64,000 nt of DNA from Zygnema circumcarinatum SAG 698-1b (Eukaryota; Plantae; Zygnematophyceae), in contig CM074822.1 of assembly GCA_037447605.1 (NCBI GenBank), forward strand, positions 581,492 to 645,491. The letters run 5' to 3'. Below are positions 39,334-52,100 of the stretch, piece by piece. A program made the position numbers and the translations under genes. The notes under the pieces were generated by a model. It was not told where the DNA came from. It made no database searches and saw only the letters and a program-made list of their open reading frames with translations. The stretch's first letter is position 1. Each line of letters begins with the position of its first letter.

Positions 39334-40468
39334 ATGTCGACTCTCAGAGAGGGCACCTCTCTGCTCATGGCGAAGAACTATGGCTACTCTGCCGTCAATA
39401 CCCACCCCTGGGACGAATGGGAAGCCGGCTTGGCACGTGCGAGCGACTCCAAGTCCCGTGAAAGAGCAATGAAGGCCCGCATGGTGGCCCTAGCCGCGAC
39501 CCTCACATTGGCCTGCATGGCCGCCGGCTTCTTCTTCTGCTTCCTCCCGGCAGGGCCCGGCTCTCATTCCCACCATGGAAGGCGGCGGCTGAAAGGGGCG
39601 ACCGCGGTCACAGTTTCGGTTACAGACTTGGAGGCTCTCCGGGCGGCAAAAGTGATTCCTGATGTTCTGGACGAGTTCACGCCCACCGTTGAGATCTCCG
39701 TCGTGTACAAAGATCGGACGGTTAAGAATGGAGATGAGCTTACGGCTCACGATCTGACGCCTTTCTTTGTGGGTTCAGGGCCGAACTTCACCGTTGGGGG
39801 TTCAAGCTCGTCACTGTACTCTCTGGTATGGGATACTTTACTTAGCTTTAAAAAAAAAGTAATACTTATTATTGATGATTTATTTGATTTGCAATCTTAA
39901 TTTTTTAAAAAGAATAGTTATGAGTGCTTAATTTCAATGAGATCAGGCTGTTAACTACCATACAGGCACTATAAACTCTGCTATTTTACGGTTTTTTTGC
40001 ATGCTATTAGAGCTATCTATCTTTCTTTGTGCCAAGGCATGGAGAAGAATAGAGGAAGGTTTGCGAACAGAGTACAAAAAGAGAGTTTTTAATCAACTTT
40101 CAGCGAATTCTGAAAGAAAACTGAATTGTTTTTTGCAGGTGCTTGTCGACCCCGATGCTCCAAGTCCTGATTCCCCGACGGCTGCACAGTACCTTCACTG
40201 GTATAGGCTCTTCCCGCTACCTACTCTCTCAATTGTATAATTAATATAATAAATTCGCATCAAAGTCCTCTATTTGTGATGATAATGACTGCGAGAATTC
40301 GCCTCTCGAGTGCGCGCTCACTCAAGTACTGCTCATTCATTCGAATGAATTCAGCCTTCGAGCATTTGTTTCTTTGAGATCATCCTTTAGCTTTACGTAT
40401 TTCTTTCTGCGCTTGCAGGATGTGGGTGAATGTTCCCGGTCAGAGCGTTGTCCCAGGCAGTGGTGAGT

Positions 40469-40554
<86 letters not shown>

Positions 40555-41030
40555 CCTCTCTTCGCCTCCTATTTTCCTCTCATCCTCCACCTCGCCCTTC
40601 CTTCCTCCTCCCGCAACCCCCTCTCGTCTCTTTCCCCCCCCCCCACCCTCCCCCTCTCGCCCTCTCCCCCATCTTCTCCCTCACCCCCCTATCTCTCCCC
40701 TCCCCCTCTCTCCTCCTCCCCCAACCCCTCTCTCACCCCCTCTCTCCTACCTCTCCCTCTCCCGCAGGCGACGAGCTTGTGAAGTACACCGCTCCCAACC
40801 CCCCCTCCGGCCTCCACCGCTACGTGTTCGCCCTCTTCCTTCAACCCGCCGCCGTGGCTGCCTCCGCGCCCTCCTCTTTCTCCCTCTTCAGCACGAGGGA
40901 GTTCGCCTCCTCCTTCTCCCTCACCCCCGTCGCCTCCCTCTTCTTCCTCGCCCAGCGAGCCGAGGGGGTCATTGACGAGCTCGGCTCCGAACCCAAGGAC
41001 GAAGATACACTGAATGCGGTCGTGGTTTGA
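39334..41030 (+). CDS. PEBP (FT/TFL1/MFT-family) protein with N-terminal transmembrane anchor, paralogue 1
   Basis: Exons 39334-39825, 40139-40200 (62 nt), 40419-40462 (44 nt), 40768-41030. Motifs: VIPDVLD, VLVDPDAPSP, QYLHW, PNPPSGLHRYVFALF. Hydrophobic segment MVALAATLTLACMAAGFFFCFL. Confidence 0.92.
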
Positions 41031-41049
41031 GACGTGGAATCAGATCAAC

Positions 41050-41187
41050 CTGTGTGTCAACTTGTGGATCAACTTGTGGATCAACTTGTGGATCAGCCTG
41101 TGGATCGACTTGTGAATCAACTTGTGGATCGACTTGTGGATCAACTTGTGGATCGAGTTGTGGATCGAGTTGTGGATCGAGTTGTGG
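41050..41187. repeat. 12-bp tandem repeat TGTGGATC(A/G)A(C/G)T in the PEBP1 3' region
   Basis: About 11 copies. Confidence 0.9.
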
Positions 41188-43061
41188 GTAAATTATGTGT
41201 AGAAGTTAGAGCAATTGTGAGGTAGATCAGAAGTTAAATGCTTGCGTGAGATTCGCAGTGAGGATCCACTTGCTTCAAGTGAGTGCAGAGGTAACAAAGT
41301 TAGTTCATAGAGTGGATCCAAAAGCTAAACTTTTTTGATGGCTATTTAGATTTTTGTACAAATGTTTGTTTAGATCATCCTTTGTGTTTAGCACTCAACT
41401 AATTTTATTTCTCTGTGAGAATATGACGCCCTTTTTTTTTCCGGCAAAATTAAAATGAGGGGACCCTTTTGTGATTTATGGGCTTCATCGGAGGGCTTTT
41501 TCTCTACTAGTGATGGTGGCAATTTTTCATTTAATCATTTTCAATATTCAAAACTTTGAATATTGAATATTCTCAGAGCTTTCAAATACTTTTTCAAAAA
41601 GCTGTTGTGAGTTACTGATCGATCGCCTTTGAAACTTTGAATAGCAAAAATACAGACTCGAATTTCAGGTTTCTTTTTTTTTGTTTCACCCGAGTCATTG
41701 GTCAGCCCATCTGAACTTAAAGCCCTCCTGGATCCGCTTAACTGGCCTAACCCTAAACCCCAAACCCTAAAGCTTATACCCTAAACCCCAAACCCCAAAC
41801 CCCAAACCCTAAAGCCTTTACCCCAAACCATAAAACCTATACCCCAAAACCCTAAACCCCAAACGCCAAACCCTAAAGCCTATACCCCAAACCCTAACCC
41901 CAAAGTATACAGGTTTCTTGAATTTGCAACACCCCCCCCCCCCCNNNNNNNNNNCCCCCCCCCCCCCCCCCCCCCCCCCTGGAATAGCACGTATAGAAGA
42001 AATAAACTGAAAACTGACGCTTTCAGTCACTAGTTACAAGGCCAGTTCCACATGGAACAAGAGTGACACATGGCTGTTAACAGTAACGGAGCCTCAGTTT
42101 GGCAGCATTATGAGGCTTGCAGGCAACTCTTTTCCTTCTTGGTGCAAACTTTTACAGTACATCACATAGTGAGTTTTGATGCTCTACACTGAAAAAAAAC
42201 CCTTAAGGCCCTCCACACCCTAAAAACCCCAACAACCCTCAAGCCCAAAACCACCCTTATATCCCTAAAGCCTCTACCAACCTAACAGCCCTAAAGCCCC
42301 AAACAACCCTAAAGTAGGAAAGAAATCTGCATTGGTCCCACGATGACATGAAATGTACATGTTCAACAACAAAATGGGAAGAACAAAGAGGAAGCAACCG
42401 CTCACAAAGCACCTATGGACATTAGAAAAAAGCCATGAGCTGAAATGAGCCATGAGCTAACTCCTTCACCAAACTCTAACAACCCTAAAAACTAGGCTTA
42501 GTTCACAAACATCTTCATCAACATCACAAACATAGACTGGTGAAGGTTCAAAGCCTTTCTTAAGCATATCTCAAGCAGCATAAGAAAAAATCTTTGAGTC
42601 ATGGAATCAAGGACAAGTTGATTCATAAGTTTTACATCCTTCCTTGAGACAGGAGGGACCGGAGCTTACAATATGTACACTATATCTACAACTAAGCTCG
42701 AGCCTTTCAAAACGTGAGAAAGCACTGCCAGCAAAAAGCTTGATGCTATTCACACACTAAGGACCTAAGGTCTGCTAATTACAACTTTGAGAGGTACAAT
42801 GCCCAGCAGGGGCATTACTTTTCTTGCCATAAAAAAAGAAAAAGGTTGCGAGTTATAAGGCCACCTTTCTACAGTCCCTCTCTTCAGAATCTTAAGGATA
42901 AGAGCCATGAGAGAAGGAAAGGGGAGGGAGGGAGGGAGGGAGGGCTTGGTACAAGCAGGACCTTTTCTTGCCTTCAAAATTGGACCCTCCTGAGAGCTGA
43001 TGAAGAAAAGTTGAGATTAAAGAAATCCTAAACCCTAACCCTAAACACTAAACCCTAACCC

Positions 43062-45265
43062 TCACTCGTCTTCGTCTTGACTAGCTACAATATACACTGC
43101 CGCTGCGGGCTCTCCGAAGCCCATATATAAGGCGAATTTTTTTGTATGGAAGCCAATACGATGACCGGATACAGGCTCGTTGAGGATGGTCGGCTGCTTG
43201 AACAATACCAGAAGCAGTTTTTGCCCTTCTTGAATGAAACTTGGAGGTTTGTAAGAGACCACTTCCCAACCTGTATAGGGGAAGCAATCGACAGAGGCAG
43301 GCTTTTCAAAATGGTCAGAAAATCTTGCTATTTGGAGAGGTATAACAGAACATCATGCTCATTAGAATCTATCAATTGAGTGAGGGGTAATAGATAGACT
43401 CCAAAAATGCCAAAATTGAACTGTTTTGGTTCAATCAAACTTCTCGGTATATATCCAAATAAGAAAAGAAGCAAATGGAGGGGAGATGAGTGCAAAACAA
43501 AAGGAAGGAAAAGAAGAGAAGAGAAGGGAAGGGAAGGGAAGTTAATGACATAGTTTAGATCAGAGCAGAGCAGGAATATCTACGCTTATCACAGTGAAGC
43601 CAAACCCTTTCAGGATATGTTCAGACAGTTTCCAAAAAACAGCAGAAGCAAGTTTCAACTATTGGGCTGCTCCTTGTGTCTCATCAACAAAAGTATTTCT
43701 TCTTTTTGTCATAAAATTTCATCTCTTTAAGCATTTAAGCACCTCAAACTCGGAAGGGCAAAACGAAGCAGGAGAGGGCAAGTTAAGGAGCCTCTTTATT
43801 CAGCAGTAAAAGTTGAATGAAAAAAACTCTATCAGTATGCTCATGCTGGTTTGGATGCAGGCCGTACCGTCACGAGCAGAGCCGCCGCCAGGAATATTCA
43901 TCACATTCCTGTTGCAATAGAACAGTACAGAGGTGGCTCAGACACAAGAAAAGAAAAAAAACTCACAAAACCCTAAAAACTTGAACCAAGCATCTCGGTT
44001 GAAACTTTCTTAGTTTTGTCTTAAGAGTATAGAAGTTAACGATCAGAGACATTCAAGAAAAGAGAGAGTAGCCAAGGAAAGAGATTGAGATTAGGGAAAC
44101 GTTTAATGAAACATACCAGCAAGAAATAAGTTTTCTTTCACTTCCAAAAATTGTATCTCACATAAAAACCCTAAAAACCGAAAGTTCGATCGATGACTTA
44201 CCACATAAGAGTGCTAGGTTTTCGATCCTTGTGAGACTCGGGAACATCCAGGTCAATCATCAGCTGTAAGAACAGGTAAGAAATGCTTTAGATAGACAGA
44301 TTCTAAGTAGAAGGCTGTGAAGACAGCTGGAATTAAGCTATGTCTACATTATTTGTGGTTCTGCAATGTTCTCAACAAAATGCTCACCGTGCAACATTTT
44401 AAAAAAGCATTCACTAGATGCGTCGTCCTGAAGCAAATTATACTCAGTTATGCATTGCAAAGAAAAGAGTGCCTGCCTTCGTAAGCATGTGTGTGTGTGC
44501 GAGAGAGAGAGGGAGAGAGAGAGGGAGAGAGAGAGGAGAGAGAAACAGAGAAAAAAGAGAGAAAGAGGGAGAGAGAGAGAAAGAGCGGGAGAGAGAGAGA
44601 GAAAAACAGAGAAAAAAAGAGAGAGAGGGGAGATAGAGAGAGTGGGAAAGAGAGAGGGGAGAGAGAGTGGGAAAGAGAGAGAGAGGAGAGGGGAGAGAGG
44701 GGAGGGAGAGAGAAAGGGAGAAAGAGAGAGAGAGAGAGAAAGAGAGGAACAGAGAAAAAGAGAGGGAGAGTGAGAGGGAAAAAAGAGCGAGAGAGAGAGA
44801 GAGAGATTTTACCAAGGTGTACAAATCACTGTTGTTTCCTCTAACTCCGACCACTGGCGAAATGGCCAAATCAGAGACAGGCACTCGAGTTCCATCCATT
44901 GCCCTCCCGCCGCTGTAATGCACTTCCATGTCCACCGTCGGCGAAAACTCATCCAAAGCATCCTCAAAAACAGCGCCGTGTTGCATCCAATACGCGGAGG
45001 AGCCCTTCCTCTCCACTTCAAAAAGGTGCCGACGATGATGCAGGAAGCTCTTTGGATGAAAGATAAGAAAGGCGAGTGCCACAACGGCGATAGTCAGCAC
45101 AGTCCCGAGCCCGACCAGCATCACCTGCTTCCTCCTCTTCTCCTGCTTCACCTCTTGGTCCGTTAAGGGCGCCGAAATGGACCATGCGTGGACGGGCACA
45201 GACAGAGATACGCTTCCCTCTGCCGCCGCCATAAGCAAGCCCGTGCTCTCGCGCATGGTCGCCAT
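43062..45265 (-). CDS. PEBP-family protein with N-terminal transmembrane anchor, divergent paralogue 2
   Basis: Exons 45265-44813, 44263-44202 (62 nt), 43908-43868 (41 nt), 43270-43062. Motifs: DALDEFSPTVDMEVHY, LYTL|LMIDLDVP, MW|NVMNIPG, EVVSYKPP, LLVLFKQ. TM segment VMLVGLGTVLTIAVVALAFLIF. The 3' end could instead splice at GA|GTGAGG near 43066. Confidence 0.85.
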
Positions 45266-45569
45266 GGCGGCTACTGCTGCTGAGAGCAGGCTTTGCAGGA
45301 GAGCCCCTCCTTCTTGCGGAGAAAGGGCCTCTACTTCTTCCTCCTTCCTCTTGCTTCGTCCTCTCTGCCTCCGCTTGGTATGGTGTAGCTCTCTCTCTCT
45401 CTCCCTCTCTACCTCTCTCTCTCTCTCTTTCTCTCTCTCTGGCGGCTGAGAGATAGGAGGGAGTCGTCGACAGAGAGGAGAAGCTATGGCTGGCGGGGGA
45501 GAGAGGTAGGGAGGCCACGTCCCGACAAGCGGCGCCGCTCGCGCGCGCGCGCGCAATGGTGGAACCAAT

Positions 45570-45970
45570 GGAAGTGTGTCACGTGGCGGTTGGTGATTGG
45601 ACGAGATAAGAACGAGGTTCTATGAAGTGTCTTAGCGTAGTGTGTGACGCGTTTCAGGGTTCCATGTAGGGGGTGAGATGACATGGTACCCACGTGGCAA
45701 GTGCAATAATTTCAGCCAATAGTAAGAAAACACGTGTAAATTCGAGGTGGTCTGGATGCCACGTCAAGTGGTGTTGCCACGTTGGCTCGAGACCATCGAC
45801 CGCGGTGACCGCCGGTCAAGGTCATTTTTTGCAGAACGTTGGCGATGGCCGAGTCCGTGACCCGCGGTGGGCCACGGCGGACGCTTACGGACGGCCACGT
45901 GGATTGGAAAAAGCGGGTTATGATAGGCCCACATTGGTTCTAACAAATCGTGGCATCTGACGTGGCATGT
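45570..45970. promoter_or_regulatory. Divergent promoter (PEBP2 / DExH helicase) with ACGT/G-box cluster
   Basis: TCACGTGGC, CCACGTGGC, ACACGTGT, GCCACGTGG and GACGTGGC motifs. Confidence 0.4.
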
Positions 45971-46198
45971 TGTACTTCCGCAGCGCGGAGGTGACCGTTG
46001 CATGTGAGAGCCATGCCATAGGCCCATGGCTCCGCCCGGCCCGGCATGCCGTTGGGCCATGCGGCATGGCTTTGCCATGCATGGGGCAATCATGAGAGAG
46101 AGGGTGAGGGGAGAAGCAGGACTCTCGTTAGAGCGGGAAGGGCCCGTGGAAACCCTAATTTTGCAGGTGCGGGCAGCGCAGCACTGCGGGCAGGCGCC

Positions 46199-49100
46199 AT
46201 GGAGGGAGGAGGAGGAGTGGGGGGAGGAGGAGGGCGAGGGGGAGGGGGAGGGGGAGGGGGAGGGGNNNNNNNNNNGGAGGGGGAGGGGGAGGGGGATGGG
46301 AAGGGGGAGGGCGAGGGCGGGGCCGTGGGCGGGGGCGAGGACAGCTGGCGCCCGGCATGAGGCCCGTCTCTGAGGCAGATCGCATCAGCATTGCCGAGCG
46401 CTTGGAGAATTTCAGGGGAAGCCAGGATACAGGTGAGAGAGAGAAAGAGAGAGAGAGCAACACTCAACTTGGGAAGAAACTAACTTCTATGACTAAGTTT
46501 GAAGGTTTTTGCGGCTTGAAAGGGACGGGGATTCCTGATTGTTAAGGAAATCCTAGTTCAATGGAATGCTTGCAGCTTATACCGCTGCTGGATTGTACTT
46601 TGCAACGAACTCCTGTGACGAACCTTTTGCTAGCTGAAAGGGAAAGGGATTCCTGATTGTTGAGGAAACCTAATTAGGGTTCCGGGATGCCGGTTCTGCA
46701 TATCAAACCACCGGTGGATTGTACTCTGCTTGAATATTTTGTAGTGCAGGCGTTTCATCGGCTTGCGGATTGTTCAGTGGCCTTTGAAAGGATGCAGGTG
46801 GCTCTTCTCTTAAGGATTGGCTGTGGTTGTGTGGAGGATGGGGGCAATAGAAATGACCTTTGAAGCGGGTTTGTCGAATCACGATAGGGCCATTGTGCAC
46901 GACCTGTGCAGAAAGCATGGGTTGGTATCCAAGAGTCAAGGGTAAGCACATCCCCCTCCCGATTTTGCTTATAAAATTCCGCATTTCATGGACAAGAGGA
47001 GTATTAGTATTAGAGATGGCTTTACTAACAATGGCACGAGCCTCGCAATTGGTACATATATTTATTGACGAAAGCGAACTACTGTATGCACAAATTTGTT
47101 GGTTTCCGAAGACTCGCCGGTTTATTTGTGCACAACATTCCTATGGTGCCGTATGTTGTGTTTTACCTTTGTAGATGTTGTTAGAGAACGAACGAAAGTA
47201 GAAAGTGCTAATTGCTTGCAACATTTTCTCTCTCTCTCTCACTCTTTCGCTCCCTCTCTCCCCTTATGCAATGCAGCAAGGGTGATGAAAGGCGTGTGAC
47301 GGTTTCCAAACCACGAGATCATCTTACGCAGACATCCTCCGGCACCTTGTTATCTTTCTCTCCTGAATCACAAGTGGCCATCTATGAGCTTATGCTGCAC
47401 TTTCCGCCAACAGAACTGGAGTTAACCTCTGCTCTTGGAGAAGCAGGAGCAAAGTCAGAAGTCGTGACTTTTAGGGTTATTTCTAAATCTGCACTCAGCA
47501 AGCCTAAACAGATCCGTTCTGGAGTAAACGAAACCAACAATCAAGCATTAGCTCTTGCTTCACGGCTTCAGAAAATGCCTGCTCTCCAACAGGTTTGCTT
47601 ACACTCCAATACTTGTACTTCAGTTCAGTTTGCAGATGTATGGGATATTTCTGGTTCTAAATTCCTCATTCTTGTATCGTTCTGAATTGCTTATCCTATG
47701 CAGTTTTAGTTTGTTGTGCGTCTGTATCTGTCAGACGACGTTGCCATAGTTTGTTTTTCTTAACATTTTGTATATTGGATGTTTCAGCTGCTTCCAAGTG
47801 TGCTCTTGTTTGGTTCGTGGTTTGTTGGAGACAGATGGCGAAGGAAAGGTCCAAACTGCCTATTGCCTGCTTCCGTGAGATGATCACTCAAGCAGTCGAC
47901 AACAACCAGGTCAGAATGCCCCTCTGCTCACATCTCCTGCATCTCATCTCTCCATCTCTCAATTCATGTTTTCCTTACAGTTTTGAAAAAACAGCAGTGG
48001 CATCCCGCGGGAAGTTGGATTAGATACCCCTTTTTTTTTCAGTAATGACTAGTTTTTCTATGCAGTGATTGGCAGACTCATGTGAGGAGAAGTGGTCTTT
48101 TGCGCTGCCTTTTGATATGTGCGTTTGTGTTGTGCCTTTGGCGGTGCAGGTGGTGCTCATAGCGGGGCAGACCGGCTGCGGCAAGACCACGCAGGTCGGA
48201 CTGTCTGCCTCCCTCCATATGTACGAACGACCTTCTGCCTTCGTCTGGTTAGGGCTGACTAACTGACTAACCTCGGCCGGTTACTTCTCACTTTTAGGGT
48301 TTTTAGGGTTCGTAGGGTTTTAGGGTTTTCGGCTGCTAGGTCTGACTAGAATTGGCCGGTCAGTTCTGACTAACCTTTGGCCGGTAGGTCCTTTGGCCGG
48401 TTAGATCTTACTAACCGACGAACCTTTGATCGGTTAGGGCTGACTAACATGACTTAATTGAAATATGCGTTGCTGACCATAAATGTCAGCCGCTAGATTT
48501 GACTAACCTTCAGCCGCTAGATTTGACTAACCTTCAGCCAAGAGATTTGACTAAGCTTCAGCCGCTAGATTTGACTAACCTCCAGCCGCTAGATTTGACT
48601 AAGCTTCAGCCGCTAGATTTGACTAAGCTTCAGCCGCTAGATTTGACTAAGCTTCAGCCGCTAGATTTGACTAAGCTTCAGCCGCTAGATTTGACTAACC
48701 TTCAGCCGCTAGATTTGACTAACCTTCAGCCGCTAGATTTGACTAACCTTCAGCCGCTAGATTTGACTAACCTTCAGCCGCTACATTTGACTAACCTTCA
48801 GCCACTAGATTTGACTAACCTTCAGCCGCTACATTTGACTAACCTTTAGCCACTAGATTTGACTAACCTTCAGCCGCTAGATTTGACTAAGCTTCAGCCG
48901 CTACATTTGACTAACCTTCAGCCGCTAGATTTGACTAACCTTCAGCCGCTAGATTTGACTAAGCTTCAGCCGCTAGATTTGACTAAGCTTCAGCCGCTAG
49001 ATTTGACTAACCTTCAGCCGCTAGATTTGACTAACCTTCAGCCGCTAGATTTGACTAACCTTCAGCCGCTAGATTTCTCTAACCCTCAACCCTAAAAACC

Positions 49101-52100
49101 CACTAACCCTAAAAACCCTTAAAACCCTTCGGCTGGTTGGTTCTGTCTGACTTACCTCAAATGTGGAACAATACTTCAGAAGAGATGACAGGGCTTTTGG
49201 AAATTTTGAGATTCCAACTGTACACTTGATTGCTGATGTGTGTGAAATTCTGATCATGATTCTGAAAATGTGATTTCTCTGAAAGCCCCCCCTTCAGTTG
49301 CTGGGTCGAACGGACATATAGAGATATAAGAAGGCGGGCAAACAGTTGATGCCATCCTCTGCTCTTCAGCTGAACCTACTTCTGCATATGAGATAATCCC
49401 GTATTTGACCGATGAACCTGGAAACTTTCACCTGCAAATTAAGCCAATTATGCTTGTAAAGCGATGAACACAGCGTATTCATGAGGAGCTGTTGCTTATG
49501 CTTAGAACAAAAGCAGTATTATTATATTGTAAAATTCTTACTGATTGTTACATTGCTTTCTTTCTAAGCAGATGCATGTTAGAATTTTTCTAAGCACGCG
49601 TAGTTTTGGAGAATTACGGGTGTTCAGGTTCCGCAGTTTATCCTAGACCATGCCTGGGAGCAGGGGAAGCCCTGCCGTGTCCTTTGTACTCAACCACGTC
49701 GAATCTCTGCGACTTCCGGTAAGGCGGAGCTGATTCGAAAGAGGGAGGGAGGGAGGGAGGGAGGGAGGGAGGGAGGGAGGGATGGGGGGAGGGAGGGAGG
49801 GAGGGGAGGGGGGGAGGAGGGAGGGAGGGGAGGGGAGGGGGAAGGAGGGGGGAGGGGAGGGAGGGAGGGGGGGAGGAGGGAGGGAGGGAGGGAGGGAGGG
49901 AGGGAGGGAGGGAGGGGGAGGGGAGGGGAGGGGGGGAGGGAGGGAGGGAGGGGAGGGAGGGGAGGAGGGAGGGAGGAGGGGGGAGGGGAGGGGAGGGGAG
50001 GGGGAGGGGAGGGGGAGGGGGAGGAGGGGGGGGAGGGAGGGGAGAGGGAGGGAGGGAGGGATGGGGGAGGGGAGGGAGGGGGGGAGGGAGGGAGGGGGGG
50101 AGGGGAGGGGAGGGAGGGAGAGAGGGAGGGGAGGGGAGGGGGGGAGGGAGGGGAGAGGGAGGGGAGGGAAGGAGGGGAGAAGGGAGGGAGGGAGGGGAGG
50201 GAGGGAGGGAGGGAGGGAGGGAGGGGCGGAACTGATTTAAAATGAGGGACTCTTCCTCTCCTTTAATAGTGTTTGGTTGGATTCTGAGGTTTGGTTTGTT
50301 GTGAGATTAGTGTAGGACTAGATTATAAAAATTGGTGGCTTACCAATATTGATGCCATAAAGCAAAGCACCAAGAAGCCCCAAAATGACTTTCTAGAACG
50401 GTTATTAAATGTTCTCGCATGCTCCACCTGTTGGTCTAATCCTGACTCTGTCAACTTCACACTTCTACATACATCATTTTTGCCCTTCGAACATCAACAG
50501 TTTGTACGGAAGAAATGGAATAGTTGTGGACACTGCTTGAATGTTCGAACTGCATCATTAAACTCATGCTTGCGATTGTCTTTCTTCACTGCAGTGGCTG
50601 AAAGAATTGCGTCAGAAAGGGGAGAACCCATTGGCCAAACAGTAGGATATCAGGTAAACATTCAATGCTTTAATGCTTTGGACCACTTCGAAGCAAGCAA
50701 ACAAGCAAGCAACAACTTCTTACTTTCCCCTCCTCTCCTTTCCTCCAAATCGACCTGTTTTAACTTTCATGCTTGTTTTTGCTTCTGCAGATTCGGTTGG
50801 AATCCAAGGGTGGGCCCCACTCCTCCCTCATGTTGTGCACTACGGGAGTGCTACTTCGGAAACTCGTGCAATTGGGCACTTTAGAAAGCGGCTCTGCCTT
50901 TGGGGAAGATGACGATGTGGGATTGGATGCCACCCACATCATTGTGGTAAGACGTTTGCCCTAACCACATGAATCGATTGCATTGGGTAAAAAAGAATAC
51001 TTGAGTTTGGGAGTCAATTTCTATGATTTAAAGCAATTACTGGCTCGTTTACAACCAGATTACTTATTAACACTGCAGAACAGTTATAACAACGAAACGT
51101 TTTGAGATAGTGTAGCTAGATGACCTCTTATGATCGATAACGGGTTTGCTTGTACTTTCGCCACTGGCAAAAGCTTTTCTCTGAAACAAACGAAAACTTT
51201 GATTAGCTTAGAGGAGGTTCTAATCAAACAGCGGGAGAGTTCTGGCAAATTTGGTACTTGAGTTTTATATTTATTAGCGCAATGAAAAGAAGAAACTTTG
51301 CTTTTGCGCCAAGTTAGAGTAGAAAATATAGCTGCTTCCTTGGTTTTAGAAAAAGACAAAGGAGAAGAAAAAATTCAAAGTTGGTGAGCAAATAAACTAG
51401 TTTTCGATTTTAAAAAAGAAGAGCCAGTGCGCTTGCTAAGAAAAGCCTTAGAAAGGAAAGGACTATGGGTGTGTGAAATGTATTGGACTTTTTGCATGGG
51501 TTGGATGGGTTTGTTGCATGCTGTAGGGACCTGTTGAAAGTCTAAGTAATCCAAATGAAGAAAATGATTGCAGAAGATTGTGTTAGTATTGCTACTTGGA
51601 AAGGGTTTTGCTGCTATAGCAAAACACTTTTTAGGGTTAAACTTTGTCATGTTTTAGTCTTGAACAATCGCAGGAACAGATGTGACTATAATACCTGAAA
51701 GCCAATTTGCCCAATCTGCCCAATGATCTTATGGGACATGGGACAACGGCTCCGTCACTTCCAGGAAAACCATGAAATTTAGTGCTTACATTTTGTAGTG
51801 AAGATTCAATATGTGAATGTCGCGAGAAGGCCGACTGTATTTACGGATTTAACTTCTACCTTCTTTGCTGATTTTCTCTGTCTGAATTTTGAGTCAATCT
51901 GCATTTCTCGGGAGCTCACTGGCTATCTGCAATTGTTTAACTATTCCCAATATTTGGCTGTTGTGAAAAGAGAATGCATAAGCAGGACCATACATTTCCG
52001 TTTTCCATTATTTGCCCGAAATTGACTGGTACTGATTCTTATGTCCATGCAGGACGAGATCCATGAACGTGACCGATACGCAGACTTTATGCTTATCATC

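Noticed and set aside
48499-49095. LTNLQPLD repeat ORFs resembling leucine-rich repeats
   Set aside because: A 24-bp minisatellite between two helicase exons, interrupted by a stop, with no ATG or splice support.
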